Positions 24,794 to 39,781 of a stretch of 64,000 nt of DNA are shown here, piece by piece (the first letter of the stretch is position 1; each line of letters opens with the position of its first letter). Both the position numbers and the translations under genes were made by a program. The notes below the pieces were generated by a model that was given only the letters and a program-made list of their open reading frames with translations, was not told where the DNA came from and did not search any database. The stretch lies in NCBI RefSeq assembly GCF_006345805.1, contig NC_043019.1:7687360-7751359 (forward strand), given 5' to 3'. The stretch is from Octopus sinensis (taxonomy: Eukaryota).

Positions 24794-25720
24794 CAATTTT
24801 AAACTTCTGAGACAGAAGCAGTAACAGCGCTAAATCGTAAATATGGCAATCCCAAAGAGGATGATGCAACTGTTATTTTTAGCCCCAAGAGGACATCTTC
24901 TCCAGTTGGTCAACAGCAGACCGTCTGTGACCGATTAGTATTTTGGAGGAGAAATCATCGTTCTCATCTCCAGCCTTACTTGATACACACAGACCTGGGT
25001 GTCTGAGTAGTAACCCATCCTCGTCATCTGTTAATCATCAGCTTTCTCTTTATTACAGACACAAGGCCTGAATACAGAGGGGACATACACAAACATATGA
25101 AAGAATGAATTATAATGAATACGAGACGATTTTCTCGGTCCCGCCCCGAGACGAAACTGCGATTGCTTTTTTACAATTAAACGTTCTTACAGTCTTTTCT
25201 TTTTTTTCTTTTTAGCTCATTCTTTTTCTTAGTCTTTTACGATAAATTTTTTCCTTTTTTCTTTAAACTTTTTAACAGTCTATTTTTCTCATTTTTTTTT
25301 TAATATGAAAGTACAAATTTTACTTACTTATTTTTAAATGTTCATAAAGTGTTTCAAATTTTCCAATTCCACTAACGGTGGGAGCCCGTCAAACTCGACT
25401 TCAACCCCCAGAGGGTCTATGAAAAGTCCGTACATCTCTCTTAGTTTAAAAAATCTCTCTTTATCTATGACTATTCCGTTTGTGTATTCCTGGTATTCTC
25501 CTGGCGGCAGCTTTATTCTTATTACCGATTTATATTAAACAATCGTTTTTTTCTATTTCTTTACTTTTGGAATACGTGACCAAATGCCGCTTTTATCTCT
25601 TCCTTTTCACTCCTGCTTGCTTCGGCTCCCGTTCTGATCTGTTCGGGCGTGCAGAAACAGCGTAACCAATTTTATGAACGCTTCTTTTCTCTCCCTGTTG
25701 TAATGCGAAGCATCCCCTCG
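24791..25720 (-). mobile_element. Second copy of the same HHR-bearing family
   Basis: 24880-25040 resembles 38360-38520 and 25045-25560 resembles 38770-39300; (TA)n on both flanks. Confidence 0.55.
24986..25030 (-). ncRNA. Degenerate copy of the 38464-38508 hammerhead
   Basis: Minus strand: ...CGAGGA-TGGGT-TACT-ACTCA-GACA-CCCAGG-TC|TGTGTG. Core mutated; flanks homologous to 38370-38520. Confidence 0.45.
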
Positions 25721-25828
<108 letters not shown>

Positions 25829-25851
25829 ATATATATATATATATATATAAT

Positions 25852-25894
<43 letters not shown>

Positions 25895-27601
25895 TTGTGT
25901 ATGTGTGTTTTTGTGTTTTGTGTGCTTTTATTCCACACATTGTTTCACAACAATGGTATTGGTATGTCTACATAAAAAAAAACAACCCCAAAACTTGACG
26001 GTTTTGCGAAGAGACCGATATAATAAGTATCAGGTTTAAAAAACAAGTACTGAGGTCGATTCCTTTTACCAAAATTCTTCAAGGCGGTGCTCCAGCATGG
26101 CCGCAGTGTAAAGACTGAAACCGGTAAACGAGTTAACGAATAAATAAAACAAAGAACATAAATGTCGAACAGCATAGCGATGAATGTGACGCAGAATTCA
26201 TAAGGAGGACCCAATATAAAGAATATAAAATGTGCAAAACGGACAACCACAAAAGAAAAGCGTTTCGATCACGTGGCGTCAGTGATTTAAAAGACATGAT
26301 TGCCCTGATAGGAATTCTGCGCAAAGTTATGCTGTAGAGACGTCAGCATTTGACTAAAGATCAACCACAGCTCTCCAACATTAACAATGATATTAAGAAT
26401 GCATAGGTTGTGTTATGATGTCCATAATATTCTTAAAAACAGAATGGTCACCTATGAAAGGGTTTTAATCATACTTACTGACACAAAATCCCCTGCTCTA
26501 TCTGGATCATAGGCCATCGACGACTCTTTTTTTTATATCCTCGTATATTGGATATATAATATAACGAAGCAGAGGGGAAGAAAGTATTTACTCTACCAAA
26601 CCCAAACTGCCAATCGCTCACAGTTATTTACTTTATAACGATGAGTCAGTCAACTTTTAGTCACTTGAAAGGTGGTCGGAATCCTCCTACGACACTTTTC
26701 TTCACTCTGGGATGTCTCCTTTTCTGAACACTTTCTCGAGTCTGGTTGCTTTTTACTTGCCATTTATGTTTCTGTGTCTCCGCTACTGACTAGTTAATAT
26801 TGCTGGCCATGGTATGACTTCCTTACTTCAACCAGCCGAGCACGGAAGGCCGTAACAAGAGCTTGCCTTCCGCCGGTATAGTTCTCTGGCCCATTGCTGT
26901 ATACAACCATGAACACAGTAACAAGAACTGGACCTTGCGTTGGTTGATCATGTTTGTTCAATGATTTTTATTCGGAACTCTGACTAGGGTTGAGCATTTA
27001 ATAAGGTATTTCAAAGTGATTGAGCCTGCGGTTTCCAAACGTTGAATAATATAATTCTAGATAATCGAAAACATAAATGAAAAAGGCACGGCTGGAGCGC
27101 CTTTAACAGTTTTTTTAAACAACGTCAAATGTATACGACATCAACCAATGCTAGCAAATGGCGTCCCACAGAACTCTGCAGATTCGGCTGAGGGCGAAGC
27201 GGTAAAGTGTTTGGTGATAGATTCGCTCGACGAGGGACGATCTGAAGGCCTAAATAAGAGTAGTAAAAATAGCAACAACAACAACAGTGACAAGAAGACT
27301 AAAGCAGACAGACCGAAATCTATTTAGGATTATTGTGTGATAATTCTGCTGGAATACTAATGGAATCCATAAATATTTAAAAAGCCACTTCAGTAGAAAA
27401 TAATAGCAATAACAGTGACAAGACTTTCTAAATTAAAGTGACAACCTAAACTACTATTTCTAGACACCTGTTGAATAATTAATTATGTTTTTCACACTGA
27501 AAATCAATTAAGCAATTTACACACGCACACACACACACACACATACACTAACGCCATCCCTCCCGCACATACAAACACACAAACACATATATTATGCAAA
27601 C

Positions 27602-27659
<58 letters not shown>

Positions 27660-28558
27660 CATATATATCAGTATATACTGAGTTAATCAATTTGTTAATA
27701 AATATAAGTCGCTCGGCGTCCAAGGAACCACATCACACGTACAAACGTACCAACAAGCACCCAGACATACACACCACACACGCACGCACGCACACACACT
27801 CACACACAGCATTTCACATCACTACCCACAAGACAATTATTCACACCAGGTATCTACTTTGATCACATGTCTCTCTCTTTCTCACCTCTGCCTCTCTCTC
27901 TCACCTCCCCTCTCTTTTTTCCACCCTTTCTCTCATCTCTTCTCTCTATCTCTCTCACGTCGTATTCAGTATGCGTATATACATCCAAACATCACACACG
28001 CAATCACACATAACAATATGTATATATACATACGCGAATGTGAGATTATATATAGATATCAGTGTGTGTGTGTTTATGCATATCTATATAAATGTGTGTG
28101 TTTGGACAAACCAACTCTCCTCATGCAGTCAAATGGCAGCAGTTGCGGCAGATTCACTGCAAAGTCGAGGAATTGTTTTACATAAAAGACGTCTATGAAT
28201 ATTTTGACACTGGAACATTCGCCAGAAGTATAATACTTAGGATATGAAGAAATTCTAACTATGTTAAGAGTCATTCCGGTAAAATTCAACATTCGGATCT
28301 GTTTCATAAGTGATCATTTTAAAGGGGAGTAGGTGTGGCGTTACAAATCCGACAGCTGTTTCTGGTGGCTCGAAGTTACATCATAACCTTGGCAGATGTC
28401 GTTCACAAAAATATTCAACCTGCCTATGTCTCCAGGATTGGTCAGATGAAAATAAATCTTACATCATATATTTATATATACACACATATATATAAATATG
28501 TATATATGCATATATATGATATATACATATATATACATGATGTATATGTGTATATATA

Positions 28559-28631
<73 letters not shown>

Positions 28632-28635
28632 ATGT

Positions 28636-28713
<78 letters not shown>

Positions 28714-28924
28714 CACGGTGCAGAAATATTTTTAGTACTGAACATAATTTTTTTGAATTATGAAAGATGGATTTTTAATCGATATTTATTCTTGAAAAGT
28801 GAACTATGCACGTCCGCAATAGTTCTTGCGCTCACAAGTACACACACACATACACACTTGCACACACATATACAATCACTCACATTTAGATACTTATATA
28901 TACGAACCTATATGTATTCTTACA

Positions 28925-28990
<66 letters not shown>

Positions 28991-29089
28991 CATATGTATA
29001 TACGTACATATGTATAAAGATATATACATATATATAAATATATATATTTATATATTTATATAATATTTTCATATATATTATTATATATC

Positions 29090-29157
<68 letters not shown>

Positions 29158-29756
29158 TTGTAATTTTATGCGGCGTACATGTATAAATACGCATATAGAA
29201 CTACTTAAATGTAGGTGTGTGTGTGTATTAGATTGTCGTTACTTGTATGCAGCAAATGTCCATGTACTGGAAATTGTGTACATTTGAAGGACATTAAATA
29301 TATCCGCAGGCAAATGAGAAGTTTCTTTAAAATGTTATGCATATTTTTTTTTAGAACTGAGAGAGAGAGAGAGAGAAGGAGAAGAGATAGAGAGGGAGGA
29401 AGAGAGAATTGGAGAGTGAAAGAGTGTACGACAGAGTCAGAGACACAGCTGAAAATAATCTCCTTGAACAACTCGACATGGAAACGTATAATTTACCAAA
29501 ACTGAAAGACGATCTCGAACATTTTGTTGCAGTTAAGATCATTTCGTTGCGTAAATATAGCAATCGCTTATACATTCTTGAGAAGTTAGTGGAATTCCAG
29601 GGACGACAGACTCTTTTCACTGAATCTTCTTGGAATTTGATTATTATTATTGTTATTACTCTTATGGCTTACATCGGTGAGGGTCGAGACGCTGCTGCTT
29701 CCGCGGCTTCAGACATATGTGGGGCAACTGGTGCTAGGTAATGATCTTTTGAAAGA

Positions 29757-29787
<31 letters not shown>

Positions 29788-29904
29788 TACTATAACGACT
29801 ACTAGCTTAGAAGACACTTGTAATGGGACTGAACTTGGAATGTTGTGATTGTTAAGTAAGGCTTTTACCACGCAGCCACGGCTGCATGAATGTACCTCTT
29901 GAAA

Positions 29905-30115
29905 AACAAGGTCCCTGGAAATATAAAGATTTATGATTGCAAATAACCGGAATGAGAAGCCTGAGGCAATGTCTTTGATAATAGAAGGTTTAGATAGGAA
30001 CAAGGAGAAAGCATAGGGACAAGCACATAGCAAAATCATAGAGAAAACAGCACAGCTTGGCACCGCACACATCATACGTAGAGTACTTTTAATAACTTGA
30101 ACGTTACGCCACCAG
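29905..30115 (+). mobile_element. R4/Dong-like extreme C-terminal fragment
   Basis: KYKDL*LQITGM and KIIEKTAQLGTAHIIRRVL; preceded by (CTA)n. Confidence 0.55.
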
Positions 30116-31913
30116 AACAAACTACACCAAACCAGCCAATGCATTTAGAAGTTCCCAAAAGTTTTACTTTTCCGTTTGGCTGATGTTGAAAAATAAAATT
30201 ATTAACTGTCTAAATGTGAAAGAACACCTCTTGCTCTTAGAATCTCTTCCCTCCGGTTTTACAGAAAAAATTATTAATAACTTGCCCAGTCCAGCTGCTC
30301 GGTGTTAAGAAGTAGAACTATTATCCTTTTCTTTTCCTTTTCACTTTCCCGCTTTAGTTTATCTAATTCCTGTCTCTGAAACTGCATTTTTGCACTGTAG
30401 GAAAATAATAAAATTGTCTAGAGAGAGAGATAGCACAATAAGTTTTCCGTTTTAAAAGTCATACTGTATGCAATCTTGCCTCAAATGTATTATGTATTCA
30501 GATTCACATCCATAATACAAGATGTTCTCAAATATCTCTTATACGTACATTCTGAGCTCAAATTCCGCAGAGGTCGACTTTGCCTTTCATCTTTTCGGGG
30601 TCTATAAATTAAGTACCAGTTACGCACTGGGGTCGATATAATCGACATAATCCATTTTAGGCGTACTAAAACGGACAGCAGGTGGACATCTGGGAGTCAT
30701 GACACTGAAGTTCCCCCCCCCCCATCCTCTCTGAACAGCTGATTCTCGGGGTTTCTAGGCTTTCGCGTATCTGCGCCATAGAACATTTACACTTTGGAGA
30801 CAACTTGCGTAATATCGAAGGGTTTCTCATTGTCAATAAAACAAAAAAAAAAAATAAAATAAAAAAATTTAAAAAAAGGAGATACGGACTATGAGTCGAA
30901 GTGAAGTACTTGCTGTGAATTTAAAGTTTTCTTACGATGTGAGTAAAATAGTCATTGTGATACATTTTTCAAAAAACTAATAGTTACCTTTGTCTTTCTT
31001 GTTATGGGCAGCTAAAAAGTAGGATGCCCTATTTAAACGCACACACAGATACATACACACACATACATATACATACATATACATATATATCCAACTTCTG
31101 AAAAGAATATATTTTAACGGCGGTGCATCAGCATGGCCGCAGCTCTAAGCTGAAACTGGAGTAAATACGTATAAATACACACACACACACCACCCCCACG
31201 ACCACCACCATGAACAGCACCCCCACCATGACTAACACCACCACTACTACTACTACTACTAATACTAATACTAACGATAATACTAATACTACTACTAACG
31301 ATAATACGAAGACGCGGAAGAAAAAAATCATTGATGGTGATGATGATGATGATGGAAGAAGAAGAAGAAGAAGAAGAAGAAGAAGAAGAAGAGAAGAAGA
31401 AGAAGAAGAAGAAGAAGAAGAAATAGCGACGATGACGGCGTACTGTGTAGAGAAGGTTTGACATTTGAATGCGTTTACACGGCATTCCTGTTCATTAAAC
31501 CTACGTAATATATGGCCGTGTATTTTATTTGGATGTATTCTTAGAAATATCAATGGTTAATTTAGTTTTTCCGTTTGGCTAATTCAGCGAAATTCATTGG
31601 AAATGTCTTCTCCATCCTACTCTAAGTAATGCATTTCAACATCGATGTTTAGTTTATTCAGATATGAACCTATATCCTCAGGTATATACTAAGGTAAGGT
31701 TCACAGCAGTTCTTTTGTCAGTGCATCAGATAACATTTTGCTCTCTTTTTCTCTCTCCCTCTCTACCTCTCTACCTCGCTACACACACACACATATATAT
31801 ATATACATACTTGAAAATGGAAAAAGAATGATTTGAATTATCAAATATACCTAACGGTACCAAGGATCTCATACATTTTCCAGTATATATATATTCACAC
31901 ACACACACATGCC

Positions 31914-31952
<39 letters not shown>

Positions 31953-31955
<3 letters not shown>

Positions 31956-32167
31956 AATCAGATCGCCATGTTGATTCGTTAGCTACTGCACGCATTTTTT
32001 TCTCTCCTTCTTTCTGTGTTTTTCTCTCTCTGTGTATCTTCTCTGTGAAGAGTAGGCTCGAAACGTTAAAGACTTGTTTTTTTATATTTCCTGAGCGCCA
32101 TACTAATACAATTGTTCGTTTGTTTTCCACCTGCCTTCGTCTTTTGTTTATTTTCATAAGCTTCCCG

Positions 32168-32168
<1 letters not shown>
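31953..32168 (+). mobile_element. Solo PLE pLTR-like element with degenerate minimal hammerhead (32037-32073)
   Basis: TCTTCT-CTGTGA-AGAGTAGGCTC-GAAA-CG-TT-AAAGAC; ~215 bp enclosed by (TA)n on both sides. Confidence 0.4.
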
Positions 32169-32252
<84 letters not shown>

Positions 32253-32344
32253 ACATACATATATATATAAATACATATATATATACATACATATATATAT
32301 ATATGTATACATATCCATCTGGTATCTATCTGTCTATTCTCTCA

Positions 32345-32382
<38 letters not shown>

Positions 32383-32700
32383 TATATAGTGTGTGTGTGT
32401 GTGTGTGTGTGTTTGTATATGCGTAGGCATGTAGTTTCACACGGACGCAATCGTATAAGAATCTCCATGTATATACATTTTTTTCGTTAGTTCGCGAGAA
32501 AGCGGTTTTTAGATAAGAAATAAAGTAGGCAACACACGATTGAAGTGTATTATGTTCTATATTTGGTGACCAGTTGATAGAATTAAATTTGTTTGGGCTC
32601 TAATTGAATATGTGTAGAGCTTATTGTGAAATGATTCAGTTAGAAATGAAACACAACACCGTACGTCATACACGAAATTATACATACATACATATATATA

Positions 32701-32750
<50 letters not shown>

Positions 32751-33265
32751 TAAATATATATATACATATATGTATGTAAATATATATATTTGCATATATG
32801 TATGTATATAATATTTACATATATAATTAAATAAATATGTATACTATAAATATATATTTAATTATATATGTGTGTGTATATATGTTCTTGTATATGTATA
32901 TATATATATATATATAATATGTATATACATATATATGTGTTTATATACGTCGATATAAATATGTGTATATATATATATAAATTAATATATATATATATAT
33001 ATCTGTATATGTATATATCCATATATTCATATACGTATATATATATTTAACTATATATATGTGTGTGTGTGTATGTGCGTGTATATAAATTGATAGAAAG
33101 ACAGATAAATAGGTAAATCTATAGGTAGATACTTAGCATTGTATATTAATATACATATATACACACAGACACAAAAACACACGCACATATATATATACAC
33201 ATATACACGCGTATGCATTGAAACCTTCTTATATGTGTACGTATATATGTCTGTGCGTATGTGTA

Positions 33266-33332
<67 letters not shown>

Positions 33333-34269
33333 TGTATTGGGTAAAATTCCTTACTGAAGGGCCTTTCCTACTTCCGGTTGAATCTCCCAAACTCCCCATC
33401 CCCTTCGTTCCTTCTCTTCTCTTCCCTCTTCTCTTCTTGCCAAAGCCAATTTCTTTTGAAGTCGAATCACATAATTTATTACTCTCTATCTTTATTATTC
33501 TCCATCACCTTTCATCATTGACCACTTTCAGCCATTTATCATCATTTGAAGTAACGTATGTTATTTATCTCACTCCGTTTATTTATTTATTCATCACTCG
33601 TCTAACTTAATTCATTGCTTTAATATAACTTAATCATTCGTTTATTATCTTTTTTTTCAAAATTTTCCTTTCGTGATTCATCGTGATTCGCTCTTCATTT
33701 CACCTTGCCCGTGTCTGCGGGTCTACGAAAGAAGCGGGCATAAGTTGGCGTTGCAACACGCGAAAATTTCTGTGTCTGCATTTGGCTGTATATTTGCACT
33801 GTACGTGTGTGAATGTCTATGACGATAGGTGTGGACGTAAATATATACGTGTGTGCGTGTAAGATCATGCAAGGTGTTGAATCTACATGGAATATAGATT
33901 ACAACGTTTTAGGTTAATGAGATTATTTGTGTTTTCATATACATGTTCACGGAGAAGTTATACCTATGAGTGTTTTTCTATATATTTCGTAACCAGCTGC
34001 ACATACCAACGAATATTTTTTTTATTCTTTTATTCTTTTATAACGTGTTTCAGTATTTGACTGCGGCCATGCTGGAGCACCGCCTTTAGTCGAACGAATC
34101 GACCCTAGGACTTATTCTTTGTAAGCCTTTTACATATTCTATCGGACACTTTTGCCGAACCGCTAATGTTACACACTCCAACATCGATTGTCAAGCGATG
34201 ATGGAAGACAAAAACACAGACATCCAAACATATACGTATGTACACACACACACACAAACACACACACAA

Positions 34270-34344
<75 letters not shown>

Positions 34345-34400
34345 ATATGTATACGACGGGCTTTTTTCAGTTTCCGTCTAGCAAATCCACTGACAAAGAT

Positions 34401-34500
34401 NNNNNNNNNNNNNNNNNNNNNNNNNNNNNNNNNNNNNNNNNNNNNNNNNNNNNNNNNNNNNNNNNNNNNNNNNNNNNNNNNNNNNNNNNNNNNNNNNNNN
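34401..34500. other. Assembly gap (100 N)
   Basis: Run of N. Confidence 1.
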
Positions 34501-34736
34501 AAGGAAAAAGGAGAAAGAAGAAAGAAGAAGGAGGAGACGAAGAAGAAAATGAAGAAGAAGGAAGAAGAAGTAACAGTAGTAGTAGAAGAAGACGAAGAAG
34601 AAGAAGAAGAAAGAAGAAGAAGAAGAAGAAGAAGAAGAAGAAGAAGAAGAAGAAGAAGAAATGATTTTGAAAACGAAACAGGAAAAAAGAGTTAAGGACG
34701 AAAATGGTGAACAAAGTGGAAAAGAGAATGATGATA

Positions 34737-34781
<45 letters not shown>

Positions 34782-35435
34782 ATGATGATGATGATGATGA
34801 TGATGAGGAGGAGGAGGAGGAGTAAATGTAGGAGGTGGATTGGGAGAGAATGAAAACAAGTTGCAAAGAAACTGAACTGGAGAAAAAATTGCTGAATGAA
34901 AATGAAGATCAAAAACTAAAACCCCAAAAAATTATGTCTATACCAAGTAAATAAAGCAACGATAGCAAAAGAATTACATAAAAACAAGACGAGGAGAAAG
35001 AAAGAAAAAAATATGTAAGACAGAAAGCAGCGGAAAGAAATATTACGTTACCGTTTAACTGCAATGAAACTGTGAATCAATTACATTGACGAATGGAGAA
35101 GATTGAACGATAAGACAAGATGGCCGTTTCGTGACATGCCACATTGCGCTGACAAGCAACCAAATAAAGGCAAATATTGGAAACGAGCTAATGCGTATGG
35201 TTTATGAGATTCAAAGGTTTCATGAAGATATGTTATATAAATCAATGAAATGTGTCGTCTTGTTTGTCGTATCAACGACAAATTATTAATGTCTGCTTAT
35301 AACAGAAGACTCTACAAGAACGAAGATAAGAAGTAAATGCTTAAGTGAAGAATGTAAAAGTGGAAGAAGAGTGATTCTACGAAAATTCCGTCCCAAATGC
35401 TTTCTCAAGAATATTTTCGAATATATATAATATGT

Positions 35436-35512
<77 letters not shown>

Positions 35513-36586
35513 GTGTGTATATATATATATGTATATGTATTTATATATATATATATATTATATATATATATATGTATGTATATATGTATATATATATATA
35601 TGTGTGTGTGGGTGTGTATATAACTATGAATATGTGTGTATATGTGAAATGTAAGTACGTAAGTATGTATGTATGTATGTATACTGTATGTAGAGTGTAA
35701 GTATGTGCATATATTTACATGCATATATTTACATGCACATAATATAACATAATATAACGAAATATGAGGCCCATATACATAAACATACATACATGCACAC
35801 CCAAACTCACGTACACGCACACACACATATGTATATATCACGCACATACAGAAATGTGCGTATGTATACATATAGATATATAAGTATATATGCGTGTGCA
35901 GATATATAAATCATTAAATTTATGGGTATAAATGTATGTAAACCTACTCAAGAAAAGCCACACACACACAGACACACACAGAGTGTGCATGGAAATACAG
36001 TTATGATATTATCTATGATCGTGTGTTTACGGTTGTATGTCTGTGTGTTCTTATATTAATATCCAGAAACTCTCAGATAACGATAAAATATGACCGAACC
36101 GGACAAAAAAATGCATTTGGAGTCAATAAGGTTGACTAGCATTTGAATGTCTTGCTCTGGTATTGAAACCTATTAAAGAATGTAAAGAACAGTTTAGAAT
36201 ATGAATGCCTGTGTGAAGACACGTGCGTGTGGTGCTATCGTTGTGTGGGTTTCTCTGTCTCAAGCGAATACGCCGTTCAATCTTTACAAATCTAGAGGAC
36301 AATAGAACTTGATGATCAATGTGCATATTCTAGCATATTTTGGTTATTCTTCCACTTGTTTACATGATCAGAAGCGTAGATATAGAATGCACTCCAGAAA
36401 AAAAATTCGCATAAAGATTGTGAATTATTTGGAGGTACGACATAAGGTTATAGGTTGCCAATATAAACGGAAATAGTCAACTTGTGATTTAAGATATAAA
36501 GAAAATAATGAACACAAAACGCAAATAGGCATGAGACATATATCGCTAAATACGTGAATACACACACATATGAGGATAACGGTTCA

Positions 36587-36627
<41 letters not shown>

Positions 36628-36646
36628 CATGCATATATATACATAC

Positions 36647-36698
<52 letters not shown>

Positions 36699-37024
36699 GT
36701 GTGTATGTGTGTGAACAAGTAGCTTACTGTTCCGTTAACGTAGTATCAAGGAACAAGTACACCGTCCAGTAAAAGATAATTCTCATTGAATGTACACAGT
36801 ATAAACGAAGACCAAGAAATAGTTTCTTGCTGTAAAGACACGTGCATGTGTAGGTTTTCCAACACGCCAAGTTTCATCAAGCGATCTTCCGATTCAAGAG
36901 TTATTGGAGACATTAGATCTGCTAGAAAAAAGCCATGTGTAGACAAGTGTCTTCAGATCAAGAAACATTTAGTTGCTCTCATCTTTATTGTGTGCACATT
37001 CAATGATACGTATGTACATATATA

Positions 37025-37230
37025 CATGGTGCGCTAAATATATGGTCGCCTAAATTACGCAATAAGGGAAATAACGTTGACATCTCATTTTAAAAGGTAT
37101 ATTTACCAAAATTAGATAAATACATTTTTAAATGACAAAGAGTAAATTTATTCAATAAAATCGTCATCTGCTTCAACCATGGCCTCCAGGCACCTTCAGA
37201 ATCTCCCGCAACTCTTCCGGACAGGTAGCA
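37025..37230 (-). mobile_element. Tc1/mariner-superfamily transposon 3' end
   Basis: VRKSCGRF*RCLEAMVEADDDFIE* (stop 37148-37150) followed by a TIR-like end next to TA. Confidence 0.55.
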
Positions 37231-38015
37231 GTATGCATTAAATGTTTGTAAATTCCACCCAAGTATAATTGTCATTATATACACACACTCATATGCGACG
37301 AGCTTCTTTCAGCTTCCGTCTACCAAATTCTCTCATAAGTCTTTGGTCTGCCCGAAGCGTTATTAGAAGACAATTGAGACAATATGCCGTGCAGTGGGAC
37401 TGAACCCGTAACCATCTGACTTGGATGCATGTTTCTGATCACAGAACAACATCGTTCTTCTCATTATTATTATTATTTATATATAAACGTCATCATCATT
37501 ATTGTTATAAGATTAGGATAATGATTGTCAATATTAATTATGTATATTAACTGGTATACATCGTTGATAATTATGTTTTATAACTTCAAGTTGTTCTGAG
37601 TAATTAGGTGCTTCTCAAAATTCATTATTGTTATTGAAACAATTGTTGAAACCCTATAGGAAAATTAAATGTGTCAACAACACTTTTGTATTTGTTATGT
37701 CTGTTCGCATTTGTGAGTGCTATTTGTGGACACACGCAGGCATATACACAGGCAGACACACACTCAAGCTCATGATTTAATACACACACGTGTATACACA
37801 TGCATAGGCATCTACATCTTAATATATTTGTGCTTAAGGCTGCTGCCAGCTGGCAGAATCATTAGCAGACCAGGCGAAATGCTTTGCGGTGTTTCGTCTG
37901 ACTACACGTTCTGAGTTCAAATTCCGTCGAGGTCGACTTCACTTTTCATCCCTTCAGGTTCGATAAATGAAGTACCCGGAACCGTGTATGTATGCATGAA
38001 TATATATATATATAT

Positions 38016-38055
<40 letters not shown>

Positions 38056-38250
38056 ATAAAAACGGTAAGATAATAAAAGAGAGAGACCTCGATATTATGT
38101 AAATAGAGGAATTTATCTGTAAATATAATATATGACAATTATTCGGAAATCCACATCGGCATCCGAAACTCGGAGTTTTATCAAGGCTACCGAATAATTG
38201 TCATACATTACATTTACCGAAAAATATATATATATATATATATATATATA

Positions 38251-39781
38251 AGCAATAATAAATCTCTGAGCGAGGTATAAATAGTAGCTGCATGACATCG
38301 TGAACTATATTTGCCACTTAAATGTGGCTAACCCCTAATGGTGGATGTTACTGTAGCTTGTAGATCCAGGATGTCTCCTCCTCCAGCTGGCTATAGACAC
38401 ACTTTCTGTGCCCTATCAGTATCTGCAAAGGGAAGGCATTCTTCCCGTTTTCAACCCATGATACACACGGACTCGAGTTTCTGGGTATTGACCCATCATC
38501 AGCGTGTGGCAATCACTGATTATTTCTTTATTATAGGCACGTAGCCTAAAGATAGAATGGACATTACAAATACAGGATCTTTTCCGTATTTGCGCGTTAC
38601 TCTTGATTTGCATACCCAACAGTGAGTAGCAACAAAACTGTTTTCAAAAATTCAACAAAAACAGTTTTCAATAACAAAATGTCGATAACTCACAATCTCA
38701 TAACCGCCAACTCAGAAAAACCAACATTCAACACCAACGACGAACATTCTCTAACGAGTGACAATCACAGTTTCTCTCTTTATGATAGGCAAAAGGCCTG
38801 AATTCAGAGGGGTCATACACAAACATGGGGGAACAAAAAAGCGTACTAAAGAATGAATTACAATGAATTAAATTATAATGAATATGAGGCGGTTTTCTCG
38901 GTCCCGCCCCGAGACGAAACCGCGATTGCTTTTTTACAATTAAACGTTCTTACAGTGTTTTTTCATCTTTTCTTATTTAATTTGTTTTTTTTGTATAGTT
39001 TTTTTTTCTTTTTTCTTTATACATTTTAACAGTCTATTTTCCTCTTTTTTTATGAAGTACAAATTTTACTTACCTATTTTTAAATGTTCATAAAGGGTTT
39101 CAAATCTTCTTATTCCGCGACCGGTGGGAGTTCGTCAAACTCGACTTCGACCCACAGCGACCAGCGGGTCTATGAAAAGTTCCTGCATCTCTCTTTAACT
39201 ATGACTATTCTTTTAGTGTGTTCCGGGTATTTTCCTGGCGGCAGCTTTACTCTTATTACCGATTTAAATTTTACAATCGTTTTCTCTACTTCTTTACTTT
39301 TTCTTCTTAATTATTATCTCTTTTAACTGCATCGTCTCAACAGACAGGCTCTTGTCTGCTGCCTGCACGTAACTTGCTTTTTGCATACCCAACCGTGGGT
39401 AGCAACAAAACAATTTTCAAAAATTCAACAACCTCAATACTTTCCACAATAACAATTTTCAATAACATATTTCTGTAACTCACAATCTCATAACCGCCAA
39501 CTCAGAAAAAACAACACTCAACTCCGACGACGCACGTGACAATCACCGTTGTCGATGAGAAGTAGGCCCTCCTTTGCAAACATATATCCTTTTGTTCCAG
39601 TGACGATATCAAAAAAAGGGTAAACTAGCAATAATAAATCTCTCAGCGAGTTATAAACAATAGCTGCACGACATCGTGAAATATATTTGCCACTTAAACG
39701 TGGCTAACCCCTCCTAGGGCTACAAGCTACAGTAGCATCCACCATTAGTTGTTAGCCACATTTAAGTGGCAAATATAGTTC

